Shown: one piece after another, positions 16,076 to 25,331 of the stretch | How positions within the stretch are numbered: the first letter of the stretch is position 1 | Layout: every line of letters starts with the position of its first letter | Assembly: GCA_041659405.1 (NCBI GenBank) | Contig: JBAZYK010000001.1 | Span: 180,001-212,000, forward strand | Source of the DNA: Candidatus Altimarinota bacterium | GTDB lineage: Bacteria > Patescibacteriota > Gracilibacteria > UBA1369 | Length of the DNA: 32,000 nt | Direction: 5' to 3' | Program-made: the position numbers and the translations under genes | Notes under the pieces: generated by a model | Seen by the model: only the letters and a program-made list of their open reading frames with translations | What the model was told of the DNA's origin: nothing | Databases searched by the model: none

Positions 16076-17299
16076 ATGAAGATTATGGCCATCCTGAAAA
16101 AATCAAAAACCGATCATGTTTTGTTTGCGCTGGTTTTGGTTTTGATGATTTTTGGGCTGGTGATGATTACGAGTATTGGAGTTTCGAAATCCGTGGATCT
16201 TTCGGCTCATGATGTTCTTTACCCCAGCTGCAGCGATGCGAATGTTGATTGCTATCTGCTGTTTAAGAACCATTTCATTCGTTTGATTTTTGGCTCTCTT
16301 GCACTGTTTATTGCGTCAAAAATTTCTTTTAGATTTTGGAAGAAAATTTCCGTGGTGCTGTTTGGGCTAACTGTCATTATTCTTTTTCTGGTTTTGATTT
16401 TTGGTTCAAGCTCAAATACTTTTGCTAAAAGCTGGCTGGTTTTGTTTAACACATCATTCCAGCCTATTGAATTTGCAAAACTGGCCATGATTTTTTATTT
16501 GGCCAATTGGATGGAAAAAAAGAGTGGTGAAATTGAAACCTTTCAATATGGATTTTTGCCTTTCTGCATTGTTACGGGCGTGATGATTCTGCCAATTCTT
16601 CTTCAACCCGATATGGGAGGAACTTTGGTGGTTGGCATAATTGCAGTTGCGATGTTTTTTGCGGCCGGGGCCAAAATAAGGCACTTGGCGGTTGGAGCTT
16701 TTGTGGTTTTGCTGATGGGAATAATTGTGGTTACAAGTGTTGGTCACGTTAGAGACCGTTTCCAGGCCTATTTTAGCGGCGATAAAAACTGTAAAGAAGA
16801 CTACTGTTGGCAATCCGAACAAGCCAATATTGCGGTGGGCAGTGGCGGTTTTTGGGGGAAAGGGTTAACCCAGGGAGTGCAAAAGGCTGAATGGTTACCA
16901 CAGGCTTCCGATGATTTTATTTTTGCAGCTTCGGCTGAAGAATTGGGATTTCTGCTGATTTTGGGTGTAGTTATGCTGTACACAGCGATAGGTTACCGGG
17001 GGCTTAAAATTGCCCGCCATGCTCCTAACCGCTTTACAATGTTAACCGCCGTTGGAATTACAACCTGGATCGTGGCTCAGGCGTTTGTAAACATTGCCGT
17101 AAACCTTGCATTGATGCCGGTTACGGGCATTACTCTTCCTTTTGTAAGTTATGGTGGATCTTCACTTATGTCTGTTTTAATTGCGATGGGTATTCTTTTA
17201 AATATTTCTAAAAACACAACTGCCTATGCGTCTAGTTTTGAGCGGGGGGGGAACGGGAGGGCACATAATCCCAAATATCGCTCTTATTCACGAACTTAA
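16076..17299 (+). CDS. ftsW: FtsW/RodA/SpoVE-family peptidoglycan polymerase, probable FtsW
   Basis: FNTSFQPIEFAKLAMIFYLANW, LLQPDMGGTLVV, GLTQGVQKAEWLPQASDDFIFAASAEELGF, PFVSYGGSSL; start ATG chosen at 16076. Confidence 0.88.
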   Translation: MKIMAILKKSKTDHVLFALVLVLMIFGLVMITSIGVSKSVDLSAHDVLYPSCSDANVDCYLLFKNHFIRLIFGSLALFIASKISFRFWKKISVVLFGLTVIILFLVLIFGSSSNTFAKSWLVLFNTSFQPIEFAKLAMIFYLANWMEKKSGEIETFQYGFLPFCIVTGVMILPILLQPDMGGTLVVGIIAVAMFFAAGAKIRHLAVGAFVVLLMGIIVVTSVGHVRDRFQAYFSGDKNCKEDYCWQSEQANIAVGSGGFWGKGLTQGVQKAEWLPQASDDFIFAASAEELGFLLILGVVMLYTAIGYRGLKIARHAPNRFTMLTAVGITTWIVAQAFVNIAVNLALMPVTGITLPFVSYGGSSLMSVLIAMGILLNISKNTTAYASSFERGGNGRAHNPKYRSYSRT

Positions 17300-18386
17300 A
17301 GAACGCTCCAGCCAAAGGCCGGATGCGCAACTTGAACTGCTTTATATTGGCAGTAGAAATGGCATGGAAAAAAAGATGATCGAAGATCTGCATGTGCCTT
17401 ATTATGGCATATCTACGGGCAAACTTCGTCGTTATTTTTCTTTGCAGAATTTTATTGATGTTTTTAAAATTCCAATTGGTTTTGTGCAGGCATTGATTAA
17501 ATTGATTGGATTCAAGCCAAAGGTGGTTTTTTGTAAAGGTGGTTATGTTTGTTTTCCGCTGGTGATGGCCGCCCGTCTTTTAAAAATTCCGGTAATTCTT
17601 CATGAATCCGATGTTACGCCGGGGCTTGCCAATAAGCTTTCCGCCCGCTTTGCCACTACGATCTGTATTTCTTTTGAAGAAAGTCGTAAATTTTTTCATG
17701 GTAATAAAAAGATTGTTCTTACCGGAAATCCCGTTAGAAAAGAATTGATGTTTGGCAATAAAGAAGATGGTTTGCGTTTTGTGGATTTCAATGAAGATAA
17801 GCCGATATTACTGTTTATGGGTGGAAGCCTTGGTGCTGAATTTATCAATGAATTTGTTTGGAAAAATCTGGATCGGTTGCTGATTCATTATCAGGTTGTG
17901 CATATTTGCGGCCAGGGGAAGAGCAAATCTCCGGAAGAACTTTTAAAACTACTGGACGAAAAACGTAAAAAAAATCTTTCACGTTATCGCATTTTTAATT
18001 TTGTTCAGCAGGAATTAAAAGATCTATATGCGCTTGCTAATGTGATTATTACGCGCGCCGGAGCCATCACGCTTTCCGAGATTGATTTCTTTGATAAACC
18101 GGCCATATTGATTCCTCTTCCCGCAAAAAATGTTAGCAGAGGTGATCAAATTGAAAATGCTAAAATATTCGCTAAACATCATCTTTGCGCGATTTTACAG
18201 CAGGACGAATTTACGGATGAACAATTCTTTGATGAACTTAAACATTTGCTTCAACCCGGGCTAAAAGATAGTATTCCGGCGAAGAGAAAGGAGCTCGCTT
18301 CGCTCGCGGCAGAAGCAGGCACTTCGCGCGTGGTTCCGAAAACCACCGCACTGCAAAAGATCGCAAACTTAATCGAAAATATATGA
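17226..18386 (+). CDS. murG: UDP-N-acetylglucosamine--N-acetylmuramyl-(pentapeptide) pyrophosphoryl-undecaprenol N-acetylglucosamine transferase
   Basis: MRLVLSGGGTGGHIIPNIAL, TGNPVRKE, ITRAGAITLSEI. Confidence 0.94.
   Translation: MRLVLSGGGTGGHIIPNIALIHELKERSSQRPDAQLELLYIGSRNGMEKKMIEDLHVPYYGISTGKLRRYFSLQNFIDVFKIPIGFVQALIKLIGFKPKVVFCKGGYVCFPLVMAARLLKIPVILHESDVTPGLANKLSARFATTICISFEESRKFFHGNKKIVLTGNPVRKELMFGNKEDGLRFVDFNEDKPILLFMGGSLGAEFINEFVWKNLDRLLIHYQVVHICGQGKSKSPEELLKLLDEKRKKNLSRYRIFNFVQQELKDLYALANVIITRAGAITLSEIDFFDKPAILIPLPAKNVSRGDQIENAKIFAKHHLCAILQQDEFTDEQFFDELKHLLQPGLKDSIPAKRKELASLAAEAGTSRVVPKTTALQKIANLIENI
18291..18330 (+). repeat. Dispersed GC-rich repeat, copy A (inside the 3' end of murG)
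   Basis: GAGCTCGCTTCGCTCGCGGCAGAAGCAGGCACTTCGCGCG; same layout as 31342-31381. Confidence 0.6.
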
Positions 18387-19534
18387 AAATAGGTGTTAAT
18401 GGCCGCTTTTTAACGAAACTTTATACCGGAATAGGTCAGCATACCTATCACCTTTTTAAGACTTTGGCGGAAAAAAATCCGCTTGACCTATTTGTGATTG
18501 TTGTTCCTGAAAGAGTTAATCTTAAATTTGGAAATAATGTGGAAATTTTCCTGGTTCCGGAAAGTTTTCCCGGAACCGATGGGATGAAAAAAACTTATTG
18601 GGAACAGCGACAAGTGCCCCGTTTTCTGCTGCAGCAAAAAGTCGATCTTTTGCATTTTCCTTATCCTGGTAATCCGTGGAGAAGGTTTAAAAAACCGGTT
18701 TGTGTAACGGTGCACGACACGATTCCATGGACTTTAAGCGCTTATCGTAATTCCGTTTTAACACGTCTTTATCAGGATAAAGCGCGTAAGGCCGTTAAAA
18801 GGGCGCGACATGTTTTTACGGTTTCCAAAACTTCACAGGAAGAAATTATTGAAATTTGCAAAGTTAATCCGGAAAAAATCAGTATCAGTTACAATGCTCC
18901 GGCTCCGGAATTTTTTAAAACGGCCACGCAGGAGCAAAAAGATTCGGTTTTAAGGCATTACAATCTGGAAAAGAATCGTCCGTTTTTCCTGTACATTGGC
19001 GGATACGACGAACGCAAAAATGTTTCAACTTTGGTGCGGGTATTTTTGGAAAAAATTGCGCCTTTTTATGAAGTTGACCTGGTGCTTGCGGGCGGCAAAC
19101 TGCATCAGTCTCCGCTTTACGAGAGTTATGACAAATTGACAAATCCAAACCAGAAGGGTAGCGTGAAATTGAAAGGAAAGCTTGTAAGGACCGGTTTTGT
19201 TGATCAGGAAGACCTGCCCGCTCTTTACCAATCATCGTTTGCCTTCGTTCATCTTTCCGAAAAAGAAGGATGCAATTTGCCGGTTTTAGAGGCGGCAGTG
19301 AGCAAAACGCCTTTAATTATTTCCGATATTGCAGTCCACAAAGAAATGATGGGCGAATCCGCGCTTTATTTGAATCCACATGACGAAGATCGCTTGGCTC
19401 ATATTATGGCTTCAATCCTGATTGATCCTTACAATTATCAAAAACAGAAACAAAGAATTCAAAATTATGTTTGCCCTTTCTCCTGGGAAAAAACAGCGGA
19501 AGATGTAATGGCGGTTTATAAAAAGTTGGTTTAA
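18383..19534 (+). CDS. Glycosyltransferase family 4 (GT-B) protein
   Basis: MKIGVNGRFLTKLYTGIGQHTYHLFKTL, HVFTVSKTSQEEIIEICKVNPEKISISYNAP, SEKEGCNLPVLEAAVSKTPLIISDIAVHKEMMGESALY. Confidence 0.92.
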   Translation: MKIGVNGRFLTKLYTGIGQHTYHLFKTLAEKNPLDLFVIVVPERVNLKFGNNVEIFLVPESFPGTDGMKKTYWEQRQVPRFLLQQKVDLLHFPYPGNPWRRFKKPVCVTVHDTIPWTLSAYRNSVLTRLYQDKARKAVKRARHVFTVSKTSQEEIIEICKVNPEKISISYNAPAPEFFKTATQEQKDSVLRHYNLEKNRPFFLYIGGYDERKNVSTLVRVFLEKIAPFYEVDLVLAGGKLHQSPLYESYDKLTNPNQKGSVKLKGKLVRTGFVDQEDLPALYQSSFAFVHLSEKEGCNLPVLEAAVSKTPLIISDIAVHKEMMGESALYLNPHDEDRLAHIMASILIDPYNYQKQKQRIQNYVCPFSWEKTAEDVMAVYKKLV

Positions 19535-19592
19535 TCAGGTTGGCAAAATAAATGGTGTTCTCCGCATTCTGTGGCGGAAATTTGTAACCCAT

Positions 19593-19823
19593 TTGCCCAT
19601 GACTCTCTTCTGGATAATTATTTTCGTTCATCTTGGTTCGATTCTTTTTCTGATTTTCTGCATGCAGCGTGCTTTGCATTATCTTAAAAGATACAAGCTC
19701 GAAGAAAACAAATACACCAAGCTTTTTTGGGTTATAACACTCAAACATATTATTATTATTTATGTTATCGTTGTGCTTTTATTTGCAGCTATAAGCAGTT
19801 TTTATATGTATACTTTGCTTTAA
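19593..19823 (+). CDS. Small two-TM membrane protein of unknown function
   Basis: 76 aa with two strongly hydrophobic segments (TLFWIIIFVHLGSILFLIFC and HIIIIYVIVVLLFAAISSFYMY). Confidence 0.5.
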   Translation: MPMTLFWIIIFVHLGSILFLIFCMQRALHYLKRYKLEENKYTKLFWVITLKHIIIIYVIVVLLFAAISSFYMYTLL

Positions 19824-19837
19824 TTTTTTTTAAATGT

Positions 19838-20446
19838 ATGGACGAAAATATTAATCTCAATAAGGATTTACACTTCAAAGGGCAATACAAAAATGAGCAT
19901 GTTATTACCTTTTTTAGACGTCACTGGATTACGCTTTTGCCGGAAATTATCATGGTCGTGCTCTTTATTTTTGTGGTTATTTTTTTAGTAATAATGTTTG
20001 GACCTATCGTCTATAACCCGACCTTCAAGCCATTTTTCCTGGTAGCAATTGTTATTGGAGTGCCGCTTGCAACCTATTTTATGCATATTGTTTTTCTGGA
20101 ATTTATTAAACATTTTATGCAAATGGTGATCATTACCAATTATCGCATTGTTGAAGTAAAGAAAACTATTTTTATTAAAGATAACGAGGACACTCTTTTT
20201 TTGGAAAACATTCAGGATGTAAAAAAACAGCAAAATGGCCTTTGGAAAAACATTTTTGGTTTTGGCGAACTGGTAATTGTGATGTCCTCAAGCGATTTAA
20301 AGACGATCAGCTTTGTACCAAATCCGAATTATCATTTTAGGCTGATAAGCAGAATTAAACAGGAATTTAATCAGCAGCATCGAATGGAACCGCAGCAAAA
20401 CAGAGTAGATTTCAGTAAGAATATTCGGGAAAATGATGTGCTATAA
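19838..20446 (+). CDS. Membrane protein with two TM segments and a possible PH-like (bPH) domain
   Basis: Two TM segments followed by ITNYRIVEVKKTIFIKDNEDTLFLENIQDVKKQQNGLWKNIFGFGELVIVMSS; ATG at 19838 preferred over the upstream start at 19727. Confidence 0.65.
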   Translation: MDENINLNKDLHFKGQYKNEHVITFFRRHWITLLPEIIMVVLFIFVVIFLVIMFGPIVYNPTFKPFFLVAIVIGVPLATYFMHIVFLEFIKHFMQMVIITNYRIVEVKKTIFIKDNEDTLFLENIQDVKKQQNGLWKNIFGFGELVIVMSSSDLKTISFVPNPNYHFRLISRIKQEFNQQHRMEPQQNRVDFSKNIRENDVL

Positions 20447-20488
20447 TGGACGACGGTTGATTAGGTTTTTGTTATTTTTAGACTGCTT

Positions 20489-21037
20489 ATGAATTTTAAT
20501 TTTGAGAATTTTTTCGGCACAGACATTCTAATTCCAGCCGCTTCCGCAGCGATTCTTTTGATAATTGCTTTTACCTTTTTGTTCTTATATTTTAAAGGTT
20601 TGAAGGAAAATGTTCACGCTTTTTGGGTCTTGATGCAGGCAAAAATCGGCCTTCGTCTGGACAAATTACCCAATCTGATTGAAACGATTCGTGGAAATTC
20701 AAAAGGGCAGGAGCCGATTATTGCGGAAATTATTAAATTGAGAAATGAAGCCTGGAAGGTCACAGATCCTTCACCTAAAAAAGTGCAACTGGAGCTTAAT
20801 TTAAGTTCTGATTTACATGGAATTTGGGATACTCTTGCCAAAAATGGCGACCTGCAAAATAATGTAAACTTTCTGGCTATTCGTAAAGAGATCATTGATT
20901 TGGGCCAAGAAATCGATCGCATGGCTGACGAATACAATGATAAAGTTCTTCACTACAACAAAAGAGTTGGCTGGTTTTTGCCATTCGCTTTTGTTTTTGG
21001 ATATAGAAAATTACCTGTTTTTGAGTTTGAGGCGTAA
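20489..21037 (+). CDS. LemA family protein
   Basis: N-terminal TM; RLDKLPNLIETIRG; C-terminal ADEYNDKVLHYNKRVGWFLPFAFVFGYRKLPVFEFE. Confidence 0.75.
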   Translation: MNFNFENFFGTDILIPAASAAILLIIAFTFLFLYFKGLKENVHAFWVLMQAKIGLRLDKLPNLIETIRGNSKGQEPIIAEIIKLRNEAWKVTDPSPKKVQLELNLSSDLHGIWDTLAKNGDLQNNVNFLAIRKEIIDLGQEIDRMADEYNDKVLHYNKRVGWFLPFAFVFGYRKLPVFEFEA

Positions 21038-21039
21038 TC

Positions 21040-21114
21040 TGGAGCCGGAGGCGGGATTCGAACCCGCGACTTACTGTTTACGAAACAGTTACTCTACCCC
21101 TGAGTTACTCCGGC
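21040..21114 (-). tRNA. tRNA-Thr(CGT), CCA end encoded
   Basis: Minus strand GCCGGAG-TA-ACTC-AGGGGTA-GAGT-A-ACTGT-TTCGTAA-ACAGT-AAGTC-GCGGG-TTCGAAT-CCCGC-CTCCGGC-T-CCA folds as a complete cloverleaf with anticodon CGT. Confidence 0.95.
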
Positions 21115-21199
21115 TAGCCTAGCTAGTAAGCGCCCCCTTGGCTCTCTTACTTAAAACGCGTGCCCATTATAGGCAAGTTAGGCTTTAAAAAAAAGTTTA

Positions 21200-21364
21200 T
21201 TAACGAATTCTTCGTTCGCTTCTTGAAAAATTAAGCTGGGTGAACTCAATAATATTTTTGCCTACACGGATTTTGCCTGAATTACGGGAGCGATTGCCTC
21301 TAGGTAAAGGCATTGGATCAAACAGGCGAGCTACACTAACCGGGGCGAAAAGACGAGAAATCAT
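21200..21364 (-). CDS. Possible small basic protein (54 aa), not in the ORF track
   Basis: Minus-strand ORF MISRLFAPVSVARLFDPMPLPRGNRSRNSGKIRVGKNIIEFTQLNFSRSERRIR. Confidence 0.25.
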   Translation of the reverse strand: MISRLFAPVSVARLFDPMPLPRGNRSRNSGKIRVGKNIIEFTQLNFSRSERRIR

Positions 21365-21500
21365 ACGAGATGAGGTTATGAATTAAAAATGATATTAGTT
21401 TTTTGAGTCTGATTTTTGAGACGAGTAAAGAATGAGGAAAAATTCCTTTGTTAAAGATTATTTCCAATGGTTGTTTGAGCTGCTAAATTTTAACGAACTT

Positions 21501-22121
21501 TTACCGCTTGTAGTAGCGCAATAATCCGGTTACAACACCCTGGACGCACAGTTCGCCTTCGGGATAAATGTTGTCGTATTTGGGATTTTCCGGCTTAAGA
21601 TAAACCTTTCCGCCATCTTTCATATAGCGCTTAACGGTGTTCTGATTATCGACCAGAGCCACGACAATATCGTAAGGTTTTGGCTCCAATTCGCCACAAA
21701 CGACCAAGATATCGTCTTCAAAAATTCCGACATCGACCATGCTGTCCCCTTTTACCCGCAACAGATAAGAATCTTTGCCTTTATAAATAACGTCTTCACC
21801 AACATTAATCCATTTTTCAATGTATTCTTCAGATAAAACCGGTCCACCAGCCGGAATCATGCCCAACAAAGGTAACTTCACTTCCAAAGTTTCCAGACGT
21901 TTTTTAACGTTGGATAAAAGTTTAATGCCACGAGGAGTATTATCTTTTTTAATGTACCCTTTCTCTTCCAGAGCTTTTAGATGTTTTAAAATACTGTTAT
22001 CGGAAGTAACTCCAAAATATTCACGCATTTCACGCAAAGTTGGAGAAGATCCGTTTTTAATTTGGTATTCTTCAATGTAATGAAGAACCGCTTCTTGCTT
22101 TTCTGTAAGGGTTTCTGACAT
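21501..22121 (-). CDS. lexA: LexA repressor (SOS response), S24 peptidase family
   Basis: SPTLREMREYFGVTSDNSILKHLKALEEKGYI HTH, cleavage-site-like IPAGGPV, catalytic KGDSMVDVGIFEDDILVV and NTVKRY. Confidence 0.95.
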   Translation of the reverse strand: MSETLTEKQEAVLHYIEEYQIKNGSSPTLREMREYFGVTSDNSILKHLKALEEKGYIKKDNTPRGIKLLSNVKKRLETLEVKLPLLGMIPAGGPVLSEEYIEKWINVGEDVIYKGKDSYLLRVKGDSMVDVGIFEDDILVVCGELEPKPYDIVVALVDNQNTVKRYMKDGGKVYLKPENPKYDNIYPEGELCVQGVVTGLLRYYKR

Positions 22122-22144
22122 AGGGAGAAGTTAAATTCGTTTCC

Positions 22145-22173
22145 ATTATAGGTGAGTATACGCTCACCGTCAA
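22145..22173 (-). promoter_or_regulatory. lexA promoter TTGACG-17-TATAAT with palindromic operator GGTGAGCGTATACTCACC overlapping the spacer
   Basis: Minus strand TTGACGGTGAGCGTATACTCACCTATAAT, 24 nt upstream of the lexA ATG. Confidence 0.8.
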
Positions 22174-22327
22174 ATCTTTTTTTTAAAAACAGCGTTTGCT
22201 GTCTGTTTATGCCAAAAAAAGATCATTGTAAGTTTGAACAATGGTCCCCATAAAACATTTATTTCAATAAAACTTCCCTTTCGAACGCTGTTTGACTATG
22301 ATGCATCTGCTTTGTACTTAAGATGCT

Positions 22328-22651
22328 ATGGATTTTAAATTTGTAAAAATTGTGGTTTTTACCCCTTTAACTCATGCTGATCAAATTCGTGAAGCCTTAG
22401 CCAAGGCTTGGGCTGGCCAGATTGGTAATTATGACAGTTGTTCATTTTCCAGTCGTGGGATTGGGCGATTTCGTCCACTTAAAGGCGCTAAACCTTTTAT
22501 TGGAGAAATGGAAAAATTAGAAGAAGTTGAAGAAGAGCGCATTGAAGTCATCTGCTCAAAAGAAAATCTGGAAGCGACTTTAGCAGCTGTAAAAGAGGCT
22601 CATCCGTATGAAGAACCGGCCATCGACATTATTCCACTGCTGAATAAGTAA
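22328..22651 (+). CDS. YqfO/Nif3 accessory-domain-like (PII/CutA-fold) protein
   Basis: FTPLTHADQIREALAKAWAGQIGNYDSCSFSSRGIGRFRPLKGAKPFIG...HPYEEPAIDIIPL. Confidence 0.85.
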   Translation: MDFKFVKIVVFTPLTHADQIREALAKAWAGQIGNYDSCSFSSRGIGRFRPLKGAKPFIGEMEKLEEVEEERIEVICSKENLEATLAAVKEAHPYEEPAIDIIPLLNK

Positions 22652-22681
22652 ACAGCTATTTAAAAATCCTATAATTCGCAA

Positions 22682-25321
22682 TTGAACATGACGCCAATGA
22701 TGGCTCAATACAAAGAGATTAAAGCCAAATATCCGGATGCGATTCTGTTTTATCGTTTGGGGGATTTTTATGAAATGTTTTTTGACGATGCGATTGAGGC
22801 TTCCAGGCTTTTGCAAATTACGCTGACTTCACGCAATAAGGGTGATCACAAAGCTCCGATGTGCGGAATTCCTTATCATGCTGCGCAAAACTATATTGCA
22901 AAATTAACACGCCAGGGTAAAAAAGTAGCGATTTGTGAACAACTTTCGGATCCAAATGAACCAGGGATTGTGAAGCGTGATGTTGTACGTGTGATTACTC
23001 CGGGCACGACGCTCGATGATCAAATCCTTGATCAGAAAACCAATAATTTTCTTTTGGCGCTAACTTTTGAGCCGCCATCATCAACAAATAAAAATAATGG
23101 CGAGGGCACTTTTGGCCTTGCCTATGCCGATATTTCAACCGGAGAATTGCGTGTAACCGAGCTTCATAATCTGCAGGATGTTCAGACTGAACTGGAAAGA
23201 ATTCATCCAAAAGAAGCTCTGATTCCTGCCGATCTTTTGAATGAATCTTTCTTTAAATCAATCAATCAGTCACAACTGCAAACTTTCTTTTTTACGACTG
23301 AATGCCCACCGGATAGTGAACAATTTTTGAAAAACTTTTTGGAGGTTAAAGATTTGAATGGCTTTGGTTTGGAAGGTCAAATTGTGGCTATTAAAGCCGC
23401 TGCGCTGATTTTGAATTATCTTCAGGAAACGCAAAAAACGAGCTTGAAACATATTCAAGGACTGCAAACTTATCAGCTTTCGGAGTTTATGCCGATTGAT
23501 GAGAGCACTTTAAAGAATTTGGAAATTACTTCTACGCTGCGTGAAAATAAATTGGAAGGATCACTGTTATGGGTTTTGGACAGGACAATAACCTCTATGG
23601 GAGGCCGTGCTTTGCGGTATGCCCTGACTCACCCGCTGCTGGATGCGGAAAAAATTCAGGAACGGCTGGATGCGGTTGATGATCTTTTCCAAAATGCTTC
23701 GATCCTGGACGATTTAAGAGAGGTTTTAAAGCAGGTTTTGGACTTTGAACGACTACTGGCCCGTTTAAGTTTGGGCCACGGTAATGCGCGCGATTTATTG
23801 GGTTTAAAAGTGTCGCTTAAAAGTATTCCGTATGTTCAGAGCATTTTAATGGGTTTGCATGCTCCACTTTTAAAACAAATTTTGGGTAATCTGGATGCGC
23901 TGCCCGATTTGGTTGAGCTTATTGAGAAAGCCATTATTGATGAACCACCATTGGCGATTCGTGAAGGTGGCATGATTAAAGATGGCTATAATGCTGAACT
24001 TGATAAGATCAAAAAAATCAGCCGCGATGGCAAGGGTTTTATTCAGGCTCTTCAGGAAAAAGAAATCGAACGCACCGGAATAAATTCGCTAAAAATTCGT
24101 TATAACAGTGTTTTTGGATATTATATTGAAATCAGTAAAACCAATCTGCATGCGGTTCCCACCGATTATACCCGCAAACAGACTTTGGTTAATGCTGAAC
24201 GTTTTATCACTCCGGAATTGAAAGAATATGAAGAAAAAGTTTTAGGGGCCGAAGAAAAGATTGTGGCGATGGAGTATGAAATTTTTAATGCGCTGCGAAT
24301 GCGTGTGGTAGAGGAAATTGGACGAATTCAAAAGTTGGCTAAAGGAATTGCGGCCTTGGATATGCTGGGTTCTTTTGCCAGAGTTGCAGTTGATAATTGT
24401 TATTGCAAGCCGGTGATTACCCGGTTGACTAGTCAATTGAATATCCATATTCAATCCGGTCGGCATCCGGTAGTGGAAAAAATGACTTTTGCTTCACGTT
24501 TTGTGCCAAATGATGTGCTGCTTGATTCAGGAGAAAATCAACTTTTGCTGATTACCGGCCCGAATATGGGCGGTAAATCGACCTATTTACGTCAGGTTGC
24601 GCTTATTACTTTGATGGCTCACATAGGCAGTTTTGTGCCTGCGGCAAAGGCTGAAATCGGATTGGTTGATCGTATTTTCACTCGCGTTGGGGCTTCCGAT
24701 AATTTGATGCGAGGACAAAGTACATTTATGGTGGAAATGCAGGAAACGGCTTACATTCTGCATAATGCCACTGCTAAAAGTTTGATTATTTTGGATGAAA
24801 TCGGACGTGGAACTTCAACTTATGATGGCATGAGTATCGCCTGGGCAATTACGGAATTTATTCATGATAAAATTGGTGCGAAAACTTTATTTGCTACGCA
24901 TTATCATGAGCTGATTGCGCTGGCGGAAAAGCTGCCACATGCGGAAAACTATTGTGTAGCCGTTAAAGAAAATGAAGAAGATGGTGTGGTCTTTTTGTAT
25001 AAAATTGTTAAAGGTGGAGTGGATAGAAGTTATGGAATTGAAGTGGCAAAATTGGCCGGATTACCTGCTGAAGTGGTTGGCAAAGCACGTCAAATTTTGG
25101 CAGATTTGGAAGAAGGAGTTTTAGAAGCTGGAATTCAAAAAGAGCTTACGGATGCGAGCAAACGAGTTGCCCCGGGACAAACTGAAATTTTTGAACAGGG
25201 GCGAATTCATCAGGAAATCAAACCAAATCCGGCCATTGAAGAACTCAAAAAACTGGACCTTAATTCAATGACGCCGATTGAGGCGTTGAATGCATTGGCA
25301 GCCCTAAAAAAGAATTTCTAA
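22682..25321 (+). CDS. mutS: DNA mismatch repair protein MutS
   Basis: MMAQYKEIKAKYPDAILFYRLGDFYEMF, TGPNMGGKSTYLRQ, DEIGRGTSTYDG, FATHYHEL; the true start may be the ATG at 22688. Confidence 0.97.
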   Translation: MNMTPMMAQYKEIKAKYPDAILFYRLGDFYEMFFDDAIEASRLLQITLTSRNKGDHKAPMCGIPYHAAQNYIAKLTRQGKKVAICEQLSDPNEPGIVKRDVVRVITPGTTLDDQILDQKTNNFLLALTFEPPSSTNKNNGEGTFGLAYADISTGELRVTELHNLQDVQTELERIHPKEALIPADLLNESFFKSINQSQLQTFFFTTECPPDSEQFLKNFLEVKDLNGFGLEGQIVAIKAAALILNYLQETQKTSLKHIQGLQTYQLSEFMPIDESTLKNLEITSTLRENKLEGSLLWVLDRTITSMGGRALRYALTHPLLDAEKIQERLDAVDDLFQNASILDDLREVLKQVLDFERLLARLSLGHGNARDLLGLKVSLKSIPYVQSILMGLHAPLLKQILGNLDALPDLVELIEKAIIDEPPLAIREGGMIKDGYNAELDKIKKISRDGKGFIQALQEKEIERTGINSLKIRYNSVFGYYIEISKTNLHAVPTDYTRKQTLVNAERFITPELKEYEEKVLGAEEKIVAMEYEIFNALRMRVVEEIGRIQKLAKGIAALDMLGSFARVAVDNCYCKPVITRLTSQLNIHIQSGRHPVVEKMTFASRFVPNDVLLDSGENQLLLITGPNMGGKSTYLRQVALITLMAHIGSFVPAAKAEIGLVDRIFTRVGASDNLMRGQSTFMVEMQETAYILHNATAKSLIILDEIGRGTSTYDGMSIAWAITEFIHDKIGAKTLFATHYHELIALAEKLPHAENYCVAVKENEEDGVVFLYKIVKGGVDRSYGIEVAKLAGLPAEVVGKARQILADLEEGVLEAGIQKELTDASKRVAPGQTEIFEQGRIHQEIKPNPAIEELKKLDLNSMTPIEALNALAALKKNF

Positions 25322-25331
25322 ATTTTATTTT

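Noticed and set aside
19727-19837. N-terminal extension MGYNTQTYYYYLCYRC... of the 20446-ending ORF
   Set aside because: It overlaps the 19593-19823 ORF out of frame and is atypical; the ATG at 19838 gives a normal N-terminus.
22995-23210. Antisense ORFs within mutS, mutL, MscS, murG and others in the track
   Set aside because: They overlap strongly supported genes on the other strand and have no recognisable domains.
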